This document shows positions 1-8,580 of a DNA stretch of 64,000 bases, in pieces (within the stretch, counting starts at the first letter, position 1; each line of letters starts with the position of its first letter). The translations under genes were made by a program, and so were the position numbers. The DNA is taken from assembly GCA_965208615.1 (NCBI GenBank), contig CBDBPB010000002.1, forward strand, positions 32,001 through 96,000, in the 5' to 3' direction. This stretch comes from Spirochaetota bacterium. Its GTDB lineage: Bacteria; Spirochaetota; UBA6919; CBDBPB01. The notes under the pieces are model-generated. The model ran no database searches, was not told the DNA's origin, and worked only from the letters and a program-made list of their open reading frames with translations.

Positions 1-124
1 TTATGGAAAAGAGCGTATTGAGTTAGTGTCTAAGAGAGGTATATTCACAGCGGATATTGATTATAATAGTGAGACAGGCATTGAGTTTACCAAGAAGGCT
101 AAAAACTACGCTGAGATTATATAG
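1..124 (+). CDS. cas3: C-terminal end of probable Cas3 helicase/nuclease (partial, runs off window)
   Basis: Frame 2 reads YGKERIELVSKRGIFTADIDYNSETGIEFTKKAKNYAEII*. The Y-x-S-x-x-G tail and position directly before cas4-cas1-cas2 fit type I-B gene order. Confidence 0.6.
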   Translation, partial: YGKERIELVSKRGIFTADIDYNSETGIEFTKKAKNYAEII

Positions 125-260
125 TTTTAGTCCTAATACCCACCGCCACAAGGTGGTGGCACAGCAAAGTGGGTACACCTAGTGGGATTTAAAGTTATTC
201 AAAGTGATAAATTTTGTCATTTTAGATAAAAGTTTTAGTCTCCAATAGTGGGGTTTAAAG
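124..260 (+). CRISPR. Degenerate CRISPR mini-array (2 repeats, one 37-nt spacer) between cas3 and cas4
   Basis: 232-260 GTTTTAGTCTCCAATAGTGGGGTTTAAAG has 2 mismatches to the array repeat. 124-194 is a repeat split by a ~42-nt insert (GTTTTAGTCCTAAT...TAGTGGGATTTAAAG). Spacer 195-231. Confidence 0.85.
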
Positions 261-271
261 GAGATTATATA

Positions 272-766
272 GTGACTTCTACTTATGTTACGGGCATACA
301 GGTTAATTATTATCATATTTGCCTTAGGAAGTTGTGGCTATTTTCTCATAACATACAGATGGAGCATAATAGTCAGGCAGTTAGTATGGGAAAGGTTATT
401 CATGACACGTTTTATAGGCGTAAGAGAAAAGAGATTAGGATTGAAGGCATAAAGATAGACTTTTTTGATGCTAAAAATGCTATGATCCACGAGGTTAAGA
501 AGTCGAGGGCAATGAGTGACTCTCACATTTGGCAAATGAGATATTATCTTTATTTTTTAAAAGGGCTTGGGGTTAATGTATCAGGCATGATTAACTATCC
601 GTTATTGAGAAAGAGAGAGAGGGTTGAGCTTAATAGCCAAGACATTGTCTATTTGGATAAGGTTTTATTAGATATACAGAGTATTGTGTCTAGGAGTAAT
701 ATACCAGAGGTTATTAACAAAAAGCTTTGTAAGAGATGTAGTTATTATGATCTTTGTTATGTTTGA
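272..766 (+). CDS. cas4: CRISPR-associated exonuclease Cas4
   Basis: TG..VNYYHIC.RKLWLF, EVKKS, Q..YYLY and C-terminal CxxCSYYDLC motifs. Likely start GTG272 after AAGGAG; the ORF-track start 248 lies inside the repeat. Confidence 0.95.
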   Translation: MTSTYVTGIQVNYYHICLRKLWLFSHNIQMEHNSQAVSMGKVIHDTFYRRKRKEIRIEGIKIDFFDAKNAMIHEVKKSRAMSDSHIWQMRYYLYFLKGLGVNVSGMINYPLLRKRERVELNSQDIVYLDKVLLDIQSIVSRSNIPEVINKKLCKRCSYYDLCYV

Positions 767-772
767 GGCACT

Positions 773-1759
773 ATGAGGGACTATTATATTTTTCGTTCTG
801 GACGATTAAGGCGTAAGGATAAGTCTTTGATGTTTATTTATATGGATGATGGGTCTAAAAGGTATAAGCCTATTCCCATAAAGGATGTGGACACTATCCA
901 TATTTTTGGTGAGATGGGTATAAACACAAAGCTCATTAACTTTTTATCTCAGAGGCGTATAGCTCTTCATATATTTAATTACTATGGATTTTATTCTGGT
1001 AATTTTTATCCTAGGGACTACTTAAATGCAGGGGATATTGTAGTAAGGCAGGTTAGTCACTATTTGGATTATGAAAAGCGATTATTTATAGCAAAAGAGA
1101 TGGTAAAGGGTGGGATTTATGGTATTATCAATAATTTAAAGCGTTATTTAGGGGATTGTGAGTTATTAGGTTCAGTTATTAATCTTGAGGATAGCATTGA
1201 TAAACAGGGTAAGATCCCCTCTCTTATGGGTATTGAGGGTAATATTCGTGATCTTTATTACAAGTCGTTTAATTACATAATAAAGCAGGACATTGATTTT
1301 AAAAAGAGGGTTAAGCATCCCCCTGACAACTGGATAAATGCCATAATATCGTTTGTAAATAGTTTGGTATACACAGAGGTTTTGAGGGCATTATATAGAA
1401 CACAGTTAAATCCTACGGTTAGCTATTTACACGAGCCATTTTACCGTAGATATTCTTTATCTTTGGACATAGCGGAGATATTTAAGCCAATACTGGGAGA
1501 TAGATTGATTTTTTCATTATTAAACAACAATCAGCTTAAAAAAAGTCATTTTGATAAGACATTAAACTTTAGTTATTTAAAAGAGCCAGGACGAAAGATA
1601 GTGGTTACGGAGTGGGATAAGAGGCTTAGGGACACGATTTACCATAAGCAGTTAAAGAAGAAAGTTAGTTACAGGCGTTTAGTTAGGCTGGAGGCATATA
1701 AGCTAATTAAGCATTTGTTAGGTGAGGAAGAGTATAAGAGTTTACGTATTTGGTGGTGA
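773..1759 (+). CDS. cas1: CRISPR-associated endonuclease Cas1, type I-B
   Basis: FNYYGFY, LMGIEG, R..HPPDN.INA.ISF.N, SYLHEP, SLSLDIAEIFKP motifs. Confidence 0.97.
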   Translation: MRDYYIFRSGRLRRKDKSLMFIYMDDGSKRYKPIPIKDVDTIHIFGEMGINTKLINFLSQRRIALHIFNYYGFYSGNFYPRDYLNAGDIVVRQVSHYLDYEKRLFIAKEMVKGGIYGIINNLKRYLGDCELLGSVINLEDSIDKQGKIPSLMGIEGNIRDLYYKSFNYIIKQDIDFKKRVKHPPDNWINAIISFVNSLVYTEVLRALYRTQLNPTVSYLHEPFYRRYSLSLDIAEIFKPILGDRLIFSLLNNNQLKKSHFDKTLNFSYLKEPGRKIVVTEWDKRLRDTIYHKQLKKKVSYRRLVRLEAYKLIKHLLGEEEYKSLRIWW

Positions 1760-1762
1760 ATT

Positions 1763-2044
1763 ATGTTTGTAATAGGAGCTTATGACGTATCAACAGTGGA
1801 CAAGGCAGGGAGAGCAAGGTTACCGAAGTTGATGAAGTTGATGAGGCAATATTTGCATCATAGTCAGAGGTCGGTTTTTGAGGGTGAGATAACAGAAGGA
1901 GATTTATTGGAATTACGTAAGTCCATTAATAAAATAATTAATAAGGATGAGGATTATGTAGTTATATTTAAGGTAGCCAACCATAAAAATGTAAAGCGAG
2001 AGAATCTTGGTATAGAGTTTGATCCTGGGGATGTAATAATATAA
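1763..2044 (+). CDS. cas2: CRISPR-associated endoribonuclease Cas2
   Basis: AYDV...R..K....L...Q.SVFEG motif; follows cas1. Confidence 0.95.
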   Translation: MFVIGAYDVSTVDKAGRARLPKLMKLMRQYLHHSQRSVFEGEITEGDLLELRKSINKIINKDEDYVVIFKVANHKNVKRENLGIEFDPGDVII

Positions 2045-2122
2045 AAAGCATGATTGGAGGTTTGGGAATAAATTTAAGAAATGGTATATATAATTATATG
2101 TTATATAATAATTTGTGGATGG
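2045..2122 (+). promoter_or_regulatory. Probable CRISPR leader
   Basis: AT-rich 78 bp between cas2 and the first repeat, containing TATAAT-like hexamers. Confidence 0.55.
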
Positions 2123-2347
2123 GTTTTAGTCGCCAATAGTGGGATTTAAAGATCGTGTATACTATTGCCTTCACTCAAATAATATATGGTTTTAGTCGCC
2201 AATAGTGGGATTTAAAGAGAGAATTGGATATTAAAACTTAGAACAATCATAGTGTTTTAGTCGCCAATAGTGGGATTTAAAGGATGTCTTCTTTGTCAAT
2301 AGTGTCTTTGCACATTTTGTTTTAGTCGCCAATAGTGGGATTTAAAG
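2123..2347 (+). CRISPR. CRISPR array, 4 identical 29-bp repeats, 3 spacers (37, 36, 36 nt)
   Basis: GTTTTAGTCGCCAATAGTGGGATTTAAAG at 2123, 2189, 2254, 2319. The 3' end ATTTAAAG resembles the canonical ATTGAAAG handle, suggesting + orientation. Confidence 0.98.
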
Positions 2348-2456
2348 GCAACATAGTTGCTTTTAAATAAGATAGATATATGCTATCTATATAAAGATTT
2401 AAAGCCAATACTGTTAAAACACAAATCAACTTATACTTTATAAAAACTAATAAATA

Positions 2457-2485
2457 TTGACCAACAATATAATATTAAATATCTT
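2457..2485 (+). promoter_or_regulatory. Putative sigma70 promoter for cbiG
   Basis: TTGACC-17bp-TATCTT. Confidence 0.45.
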
Positions 2486-2533
2486 TTCTTAAATCCCTTA
2501 TAATTGCCTCTCAATATCTATAATGGTACACCA

Positions 2534-3598
2534 ATGCACAAAATAGCAATCATAACTATAAATAATCCAGGACTAAACTCGGCTCTTAAACTACTAAATA
2601 TACTAAATACACATTATAAACCAGATAAAATTGCAGTCTTTTATAAAAAGGATAGCATAATTAACAATAACAAAAACCTAATCCCGTTCAATAACATAGA
2701 TGATATACTATCAGAGGCTTGGACTAACTTTAATATTATAATATGCTTTTTGGCAACCGGGATAGTCATTAGAAAAATAGCCCATAAGCTTAAATCTAAA
2801 ACATCTGATCCAGCAGTACTTGTTATGAGTTTCGACCTAACACAAGTTGTACCCCTAATATCAGGACATATAGGCGGTGCCAATGAGTTTGCACTAAAAC
2901 TAGAACGCATAATACCAAATTGTAAAAGCTTTATATCCACAGCTACAGACCAAACTAATGTATTCGCCTTTGATCTATTCGCAAAAGATCAAAACTTCAC
3001 AATAGAAAATATAAATAAATTAGCAGTTGTATCAAACCAACTCATTAATAATCAACAAGTTAATGTGTTTACTTATCCCACTATTTTTGAGCTAATAAAA
3101 AAGTATAAACAATATTCCAACAAAATTATATTTAAAAATATAGATGATGTTAATAATCAGGATAAGCCTTTATCAGTAAGCATATCCCCCTTTAATATAC
3201 AAAATCATAAACAACTTATAATCCGCATTCCCTCAATATATATTGGCATAGGACTAAATAAAAATACGCCTTTTAAGACTCTAATCAAGGCATTACACCT
3301 TTTTACTCTAGAACATAGCCTAAATATAAATGATATAACTAAAATAGGCTCATTCAAAGAAAAAGAAAATGAACCAGGTCTAAAAGAATTATCAGAACAC
3401 CTATCAATACCAATAACCTTTTTATCCGCAGATAGTATAAACTCTGTTGACTATAACTTATCCGATTCGGCAGCCAATAAGTTCTTTAATATAAAAGGCG
3501 TTGCTGAACCATCGGCTATTATAACATCCAAGCATAAAACCCTATTTCTAAAAAAACACTCCTATTTTAGAGAGGTAACCATAGCCTCTGCTTTTTAA
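2534..3598 (+). CDS. cbiG: Cobalt-precorrin-5A hydrolase CbiG
   Basis: ATGIVIRKIA..L.SK.SDPAV, SGHIGGAN, STATD, GVAEPSA motifs; ATG2534 preferred start. Confidence 0.92.
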   Translation: MHKIAIITINNPGLNSALKLLNILNTHYKPDKIAVFYKKDSIINNNKNLIPFNNIDDILSEAWTNFNIIICFLATGIVIRKIAHKLKSKTSDPAVLVMSFDLTQVVPLISGHIGGANEFALKLERIIPNCKSFISTATDQTNVFAFDLFAKDQNFTIENINKLAVVSNQLINNQQVNVFTYPTIFELIKKYKQYSNKIIFKNIDDVNNQDKPLSVSISPFNIQNHKQLIIRIPSIYIGIGLNKNTPFKTLIKALHLFTLEHSLNINDITKIGSFKEKENEPGLKELSEHLSIPITFLSADSINSVDYNLSDSAANKFFNIKGVAEPSAIITSKHKTLFLKKHSYFREVTIASAF

Positions 3599-3698
3599 CA
3601 AAAATTAAATAAAATAAAATATAACTTCTTAAACAATATTTTACTATTTTTATATCATTGTTTAACAAAAATCAAAACTATATTAAGGAATAACAATT

Positions 3699-4673
3699 AT
3701 GCTCAACTTAATAAAAAAAGTAATACTAAACAAAAGAATACTAACTCTTATCGATATACTTATAAGCCCTTTTGTTTTTATTAGTTCTTATCTTTTTCTG
3801 TTTATAAGAAGAGTAGAAATCCATAGAATGAAAATAAGTAAAAAAGTGTTCTTAAAAACCGGTATCTATCCAATAATGGACCACTACTATGAACCTCTTT
3901 TTAATCCAGCTCATCTAAGTAAGTCATTACGAGAAGATAGAGTATTACCTGGCCTGGATTTTAATACTAAACAACAACTTAATATGTTAAAAAACTTTAA
4001 TTATAATGATGAGTTAATACAATTTCCATCAGAAAAAAAAGACGATCTTAACTTCTATTACAATAATGACTCCTTTGCACCTGGAGATTCTGAATATCTG
4101 TATAATATGGTCCGTTTTTTAAAACCAAAGCAAATTATTGAAATTGGTTGTGGACATTCAACTTTAATGGCTTGTAATGCTATTAAACAAAATAAACAAG
4201 AAAATACAAACTATAAATGTCAGCAAGTTTGTATAGAACCTTATGAAAACCCATGGTTAGATAAACTAGATATAAAAATAATCCGAAAGAAAGTAGAACA
4301 AGTCGACTATTCAATGTTTAATTCTTTAGAAAAAAATGATATTCTTTTTATCGACTCCTCACACATGATAAGACCTCAAGGAGATATTTTATTAATATAT
4401 TTAACAATACTACCAATGCTAAAAAAAGGAGTATATGTCCATATTCATGATATATTTACGCCAAAAGATTATCTCGATAAATGGATTTTAGAAAATGTAT
4501 ACTTTTGGAATGAGCAGTATTTAGTCGAAGCATTACTCAGTATGAATAAAGAGTATAAAATAATTGGTGCCTTAAACTTCTTAAAACATAATTACTTTGA
4601 AAAACTTTTAGAAAAGTGTCCTATGTTGAAAGAAGATAATGAACCTGGATCACTGTGGATAGTAAGAAATTAA
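3699..4673 (+). CDS. Class I SAM-dependent methyltransferase (Methyltransf_24-like)
   Basis: IIEIGCGHST, DILFIDSSH, HIHDIF.P.DY, WNEQY motifs. Confidence 0.85.
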   Translation: MLNLIKKVILNKRILTLIDILISPFVFISSYLFLFIRRVEIHRMKISKKVFLKTGIYPIMDHYYEPLFNPAHLSKSLREDRVLPGLDFNTKQQLNMLKNFNYNDELIQFPSEKKDDLNFYYNNDSFAPGDSEYLYNMVRFLKPKQIIEIGCGHSTLMACNAIKQNKQENTNYKCQQVCIEPYENPWLDKLDIKIIRKKVEQVDYSMFNSLEKNDILFIDSSHMIRPQGDILLIYLTILPMLKKGVYVHIHDIFTPKDYLDKWILENVYFWNEQYLVEALLSMNKEYKIIGALNFLKHNYFEKLLEKCPMLKEDNEPGSLWIVRN

Positions 4674-4790
4674 CCTAATATTTAGATAAAAAGCTCTATA
4701 ATGCAATCAATTGCTTTGCAAGATAATCCATCGTTATTAATTTATACAAATAAATAGATATTTTTTTTATTTAGCATAAAAAGGAAAACT

Positions 4791-5582
4791 ATGAAAGGAA
4801 AACTATATATTTTATCAACTGGTCCTGGTGATATAAGCTACCTAACACAAGATGCACTAAAAGCATTAGACGAATCACAAGTTATAGTAAGCTATAACAA
4901 ATACATCGACGATATAAAAACCCTTATACAAAATAAAACTATTATAACATCTGGTATGACAAAAGAGATAGACAGGTGTAATCAGGCAATAGATAATGCC
5001 TTATTAGGTATGACGGTATCATTAATATCCAACGGTGACAGCCATGTATACGGTCTTGGATCATTAGTTATTGAGCTAATAGACCAAAAAGACCTTTGGG
5101 ATAAGATAGACCTTAAGTCCATACCCGGTATAACAAGCTTTTTAGCTGTGGCCTCTAAAGTAGGTGCACCAATAAGTCAAGACTTCTCTATTATTAGTCT
5201 GTCAGACAGGTTAACACCAATAGACCTAATAGAAAAAAGAATTAGATGCTCACTAGATGCTGACTTTGTAATGGGTATATATAATCCCCTATCTAAAACG
5301 AGAATAAAGCCTTACGAGCTATTTTTAAGTATATTAAGTGAGTATAACATAGAAAAGCGTCCCATTATATTGGCCTCTAACATTGGACGTCCAACAGAAA
5401 AGATAATATTATCCTGTGCAGAAGAGCTAATCAAACAAGGTAGCAGTTATTCAGAGATAAGTATGTCCACTTTGATAATAGTTGGTAACAGCATATCAAG
5501 ATGGACTAAAAATAATATGGTGCTAACTCCAAGAGGCTATCTATCAAAGTATGACATAGACGGCAAATTAAAGTCATCTTAA
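4791..5582 (+). CDS. cbiH: Precorrin-3B C17-methyltransferase
   Basis: GPGD...LT, GMTKEIDR, IPGITS, GAP.SQDF..ISLSD.LTP, IYNP.S, TPRGY motifs (CbiH/CobJ). Confidence 0.93.
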   Translation: MKGKLYILSTGPGDISYLTQDALKALDESQVIVSYNKYIDDIKTLIQNKTIITSGMTKEIDRCNQAIDNALLGMTVSLISNGDSHVYGLGSLVIELIDQKDLWDKIDLKSIPGITSFLAVASKVGAPISQDFSIISLSDRLTPIDLIEKRIRCSLDADFVMGIYNPLSKTRIKPYELFLSILSEYNIEKRPIILASNIGRPTEKIILSCAEELIKQGSSYSEISMSTLIIVGNSISRWTKNNMVLTPRGYLSKYDIDGKLKSS

Positions 5583-5597
5583 ACAAGGATAGCCTTT

Positions 5598-6350
5598 TTG
5601 AATCTTATATACGAGCTTAAAAAGCTATGTTATGCCCTAACCTTCTATACAATAATACCCTCTCCAATATATATCGACTATACAAAACATAAACTTAGCG
5701 ATGTATCTATGTACCTCCCTATAATTGGCTGGTTAGTAGGTTTATTCTCTTGGCTTGTATATTATGTTGCCCAACTTATATTACCGCAGTCAATAGCAGT
5801 TGTACTAAGTATAACATCCGCCATTATAATTACAGGGGGACTACACGAAGACGGTCTTGCCGACACCTGTGATGCCTTTGGAGGGGGATATAGCAAAGAT
5901 CAAATCCTAAATATAATGAAGGACTCATCAATAGGAGCCTTTGGAACAATAAGTCTAATCTTAGTAATTCTAATAAAGTACCTTAGCCTTATAGAGGTGA
6001 ATAACATTGCCTATACGTTAATAGCAGGACATTCTATTAGTAGGTATATCTGTATAACGTTTATGTATACCGATGTATATATACTAAAGGCTAATAGCAA
6101 GTGTAACATTAACTCTAAGCTATCTTTTACTAGGCTATTACTAGCCTCTTTTTTTGGTCTTATACCCCTTATACTTTATTACGACTACAAAGTTATTTTT
6201 ATATTAGTCCCCATGTTTATATTAAGACAATTGGCAAAATATATATTCATAAGAAAGATAGGCGGCTATACAGGGGACTTATTAGGAGCAGTACAACAAA
6301 TCTCAGAAGTATTATTTTATTTAATTATGGCATCATGGACATTTATTTAA
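5598..6350 (+). CDS. cobS: Adenosylcobinamide-GDP ribazoletransferase
   Basis: TGGLHEDGLADTCDAFGG, MKDS.IGAFG, GG.TGD.LGA motifs; multiple TM segments. Confidence 0.95.
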   Translation: MNLIYELKKLCYALTFYTIIPSPIYIDYTKHKLSDVSMYLPIIGWLVGLFSWLVYYVAQLILPQSIAVVLSITSAIIITGGLHEDGLADTCDAFGGGYSKDQILNIMKDSSIGAFGTISLILVILIKYLSLIEVNNIAYTLIAGHSISRYICITFMYTDVYILKANSKCNINSKLSFTRLLLASFFGLIPLILYYDYKVIFILVPMFILRQLAKYIFIRKIGGYTGDLLGAVQQISEVLFYLIMASWTFI

Positions 6351-6916
6351 TTCGTCATACGTCTGTGGCTAATGATAATAACATTTGCTATGGACAAAGT
6401 AATATTCCTCTTTCTGATAGCTTTGTAGAAGAGGCTAAGGCTATAAAGAACTATCTATCTGATGATATACAGTTAATATCTAGTCCTAGTATTAGGTGTG
6501 TTAGGCTGTCTGAGTTTATAAGTCAGGGTGTGGTATATGATAATCGTCTTTTAGAACTTAACTTTGGTCTTTGGGAGGGTATGGAGTGGTCATCCATATC
6601 CAAAGGTGAAATTGAGTTGTGGGCTAAGGATATAATTTATAGACCTTGTCCTAATGGGGAGTGCTATAATGATCTTTATAAAAGAGCTACTTTATTTTGG
6701 GATAACATAAAAACTAAAACTTGCTATACTAAAATAGCTGTCATAACCCATAGTGGGGTTATAAGGTCTATTTTGTCATATATCCTTAACATCCCACTAG
6801 AAAATAGTTTTAATATATCCATTGATTTTGCAGGTATAAGCAAAATATCAATTTGTAATCAGTTTAGTAGGATTGAGTATATTAATATAAGTTATAATTT
6901 CTTAAAGAGGCTTTAG
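6335..6916 (+). CDS. cobC: Alpha-ribazole phosphatase
   Basis: Histidine phosphatase LIRH, EL.FG.WEG, THSGVIR motifs; overlaps cobS. Confidence 0.9.
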   Translation: MDIYLIRHTSVANDNNICYGQSNIPLSDSFVEEAKAIKNYLSDDIQLISSPSIRCVRLSEFISQGVVYDNRLLELNFGLWEGMEWSSISKGEIELWAKDIIYRPCPNGECYNDLYKRATLFWDNIKTKTCYTKIAVITHSGVIRSILSYILNIPLENSFNISIDFAGISKISICNQFSRIEYINISYNFLKRL

Positions 6917-6950
6917 TATTTTTACGATAAAACATAAAAGGAGTTACTAG

Positions 6951-7181
6951 GTGATAGATGTTAAAGAAGCATCCCAAAGGTCAATCGAGTATCTAAAGGG
7001 ATTAATCGAAAAAATATATGAACTAACCCTTGAAGAAGTAGAGTTATCCGATGATGAACAGTTTTGGTTTGTAACCCTCGGATACAATAAAGAACAGGCA
7101 GGTTATTTAAGGGTATATAAACAAATTAAAATATTGGCAGAAGATGGTAAGTTTATATCGATGAAGAATATTAAAATGTAG
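6951..7181 (+). CDS. Small hypothetical protein
   Basis: 76 aa ORF with a good RBS (AAGGAG); LEEVEL..W.VTLGY...YK pattern. Confidence 0.7.
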   Translation: MIDVKEASQRSIEYLKGLIEKIYELTLEEVELSDDEQFWFVTLGYNKEQAGYLRVYKQIKILAEDGKFISMKNIKM

Positions 7182-7193
7182 TATGGGGATAGT

Positions 7194-7847
7194 ATGGGTT
7201 TACTTAGTATTTATTTATTATTGGTATTTGGTATATTTGGCTGTAAGGAGAATACTAAATACTCTAGTGATACTCATAAGCACTCTTTTCAGGCGGATAA
7301 GTATGCTAAGATGTTTGAGTCTGACGAGAGAACTAAATGGCAAAAGCCAAATGAAGTGATTAGCTTAATGAATATAAAAAATGGTAATTATATTGCTGAT
7401 ATTGGTGCTGGTACTGGTTATTTTACAAGGCGTTTTGCAAGGGCAGTAGGTATAAATGGTAAGGCTATTGGTTTTGATATAGAGCCTAGTATGGTTAAAT
7501 ATATGAAAAGGGATGCCAATAAGCTTGGTTTAAAGAATTATGAGGCAGTTCTTGTTAACGCTAATAGTCCTAATTTAGGCAGGGCTTTTAATATTATTTT
7601 TATGTGTAACACCTATCATCACATTACTAACAGGGTTGATTATTTTAAAAGGCTCAAGTTATTTTTAAATAAAAACGGCAGATTAGTTATAGTAGATTTT
7701 ATGAAAAAGTCATTACCTGTTGGTCCACCGCTTGACTACAAGCTTTCAAGAGCTTATGTTGAAAAGGAGCTTAATAAAGCAGGATATAGGCTTATAAACC
7801 ATAAGGAGCTTACTTATCAATATTATTTGGAGTTTAAGTCTTTATAA
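7194..7847 (+). CDS. Class I SAM-dependent methyltransferase, probable lipoprotein
   Basis: ER..WQKP, IADIGAGTGYF, YHH motifs; IFGC lipobox-like signal. Confidence 0.85.
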   Translation: MGLLSIYLLLVFGIFGCKENTKYSSDTHKHSFQADKYAKMFESDERTKWQKPNEVISLMNIKNGNYIADIGAGTGYFTRRFARAVGINGKAIGFDIEPSMVKYMKRDANKLGLKNYEAVLVNANSPNLGRAFNIIFMCNTYHHITNRVDYFKRLKLFLNKNGRLVIVDFMKKSLPVGPPLDYKLSRAYVEKELNKAGYRLINHKELTYQYYLEFKSL

Positions 7848-7888
7848 TATTTCTTTTTGTTTTTAAGCTTGCTGTTTGCTATCTGTAA

Positions 7889-8035
7889 AAATTATTTATT
7901 AGTTTTCAAGTTATTGTATAAAGAATGCTGATCAGATTAGATTATAAGCATAATGGGTATTTATTATGATAAAAAAAGTTTTATTGTTTAATCTGTTAAT
8001 TATGGTATTTTTATTTGTACAACTTGATATATACG
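7889..8035 (+). repeat. 147-bp direct repeat, left copy (upstream region plus first 23 codons of the VWA gene)
   Basis: Aligns ungapped to 10692-10838 with about 6 mismatches. Confidence 0.95.
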
Positions 8036-8580
8036 ATCCATTTATTTTTGAATGGAAAGAAAGGAATTAGTAGTTATCAGCTTCAAAGAGAAATTAAAGG
8101 TAGCTACAAAACTTCTTGGAGAATGTTAAAACAAATACGACTCGCTATGAGTAATTTAGAATCTAAAAATATGTTTGAAACTATTGTAGAAATTGATGAA
8201 ACTTATGTAGGTGGGAAACCAAGAAAAAACAATGATAAGTTTTTGACTGGTAGTAAAAGAGGTCGTGGAACTAAAAAAAACACCAGTGGTAGGAATGGTA
8301 GAAAGGAACTCTAAAAAGGTGTATGCTAAAGTTTCTTTACCTAACAGGGAAGGTCAAAAGTTGGCTGGGAAGCAGCTTTTAGATATATTAAATAAAGTTA
8401 AAAAAAGATTCAATTGTTATTTCAGATGAGGTTAGAAGTTATAGAAAGCTTGAAAAGAGTGATAAGTTTTTACATTTGGTAGTTGGTCATACTAAAAACT
8501 ATGAAAATGAGTTTTGCTTTAGATATAACAATTTAAATAGAAATATGTTTGATATAGTTTTGAGGCAAGGAATTTTATGA
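8036..8580 (+). pseudogene. IS1595-family (ISXO2-like DDE) transposase remnant, 5'-truncated and frameshifted
   Basis: KGISS.QL.R....YKT.W.ML..IR, VEIDETYVGG, KRGRG.K, then TPVVGMVER and EFCFRYN in shifted frames. Confidence 0.9.

Noticed and set aside
195-231. Mini-array spacer shares TTGTCATTTTA with element copy B (about 50232)
   Set aside because: An 11-nt AT-rich match outside the seed is expected by chance in this composition.
2152-2318. Self-targeting by array spacers
   Set aside because: No match to the window noticed on either strand by eye; not an exhaustive search.
2348-2412. Possible fifth degenerate CRISPR repeat (GATTTAAAG at about 2396-2404) and small palindromes
   Set aside because: Only 9 nt match and the spacing does not fit the repeat-spacer period.
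2348-2533. Cobalamin riboswitch before cbiG
   Set aside because: Region is short and AT-rich with no B12-box-like motif.
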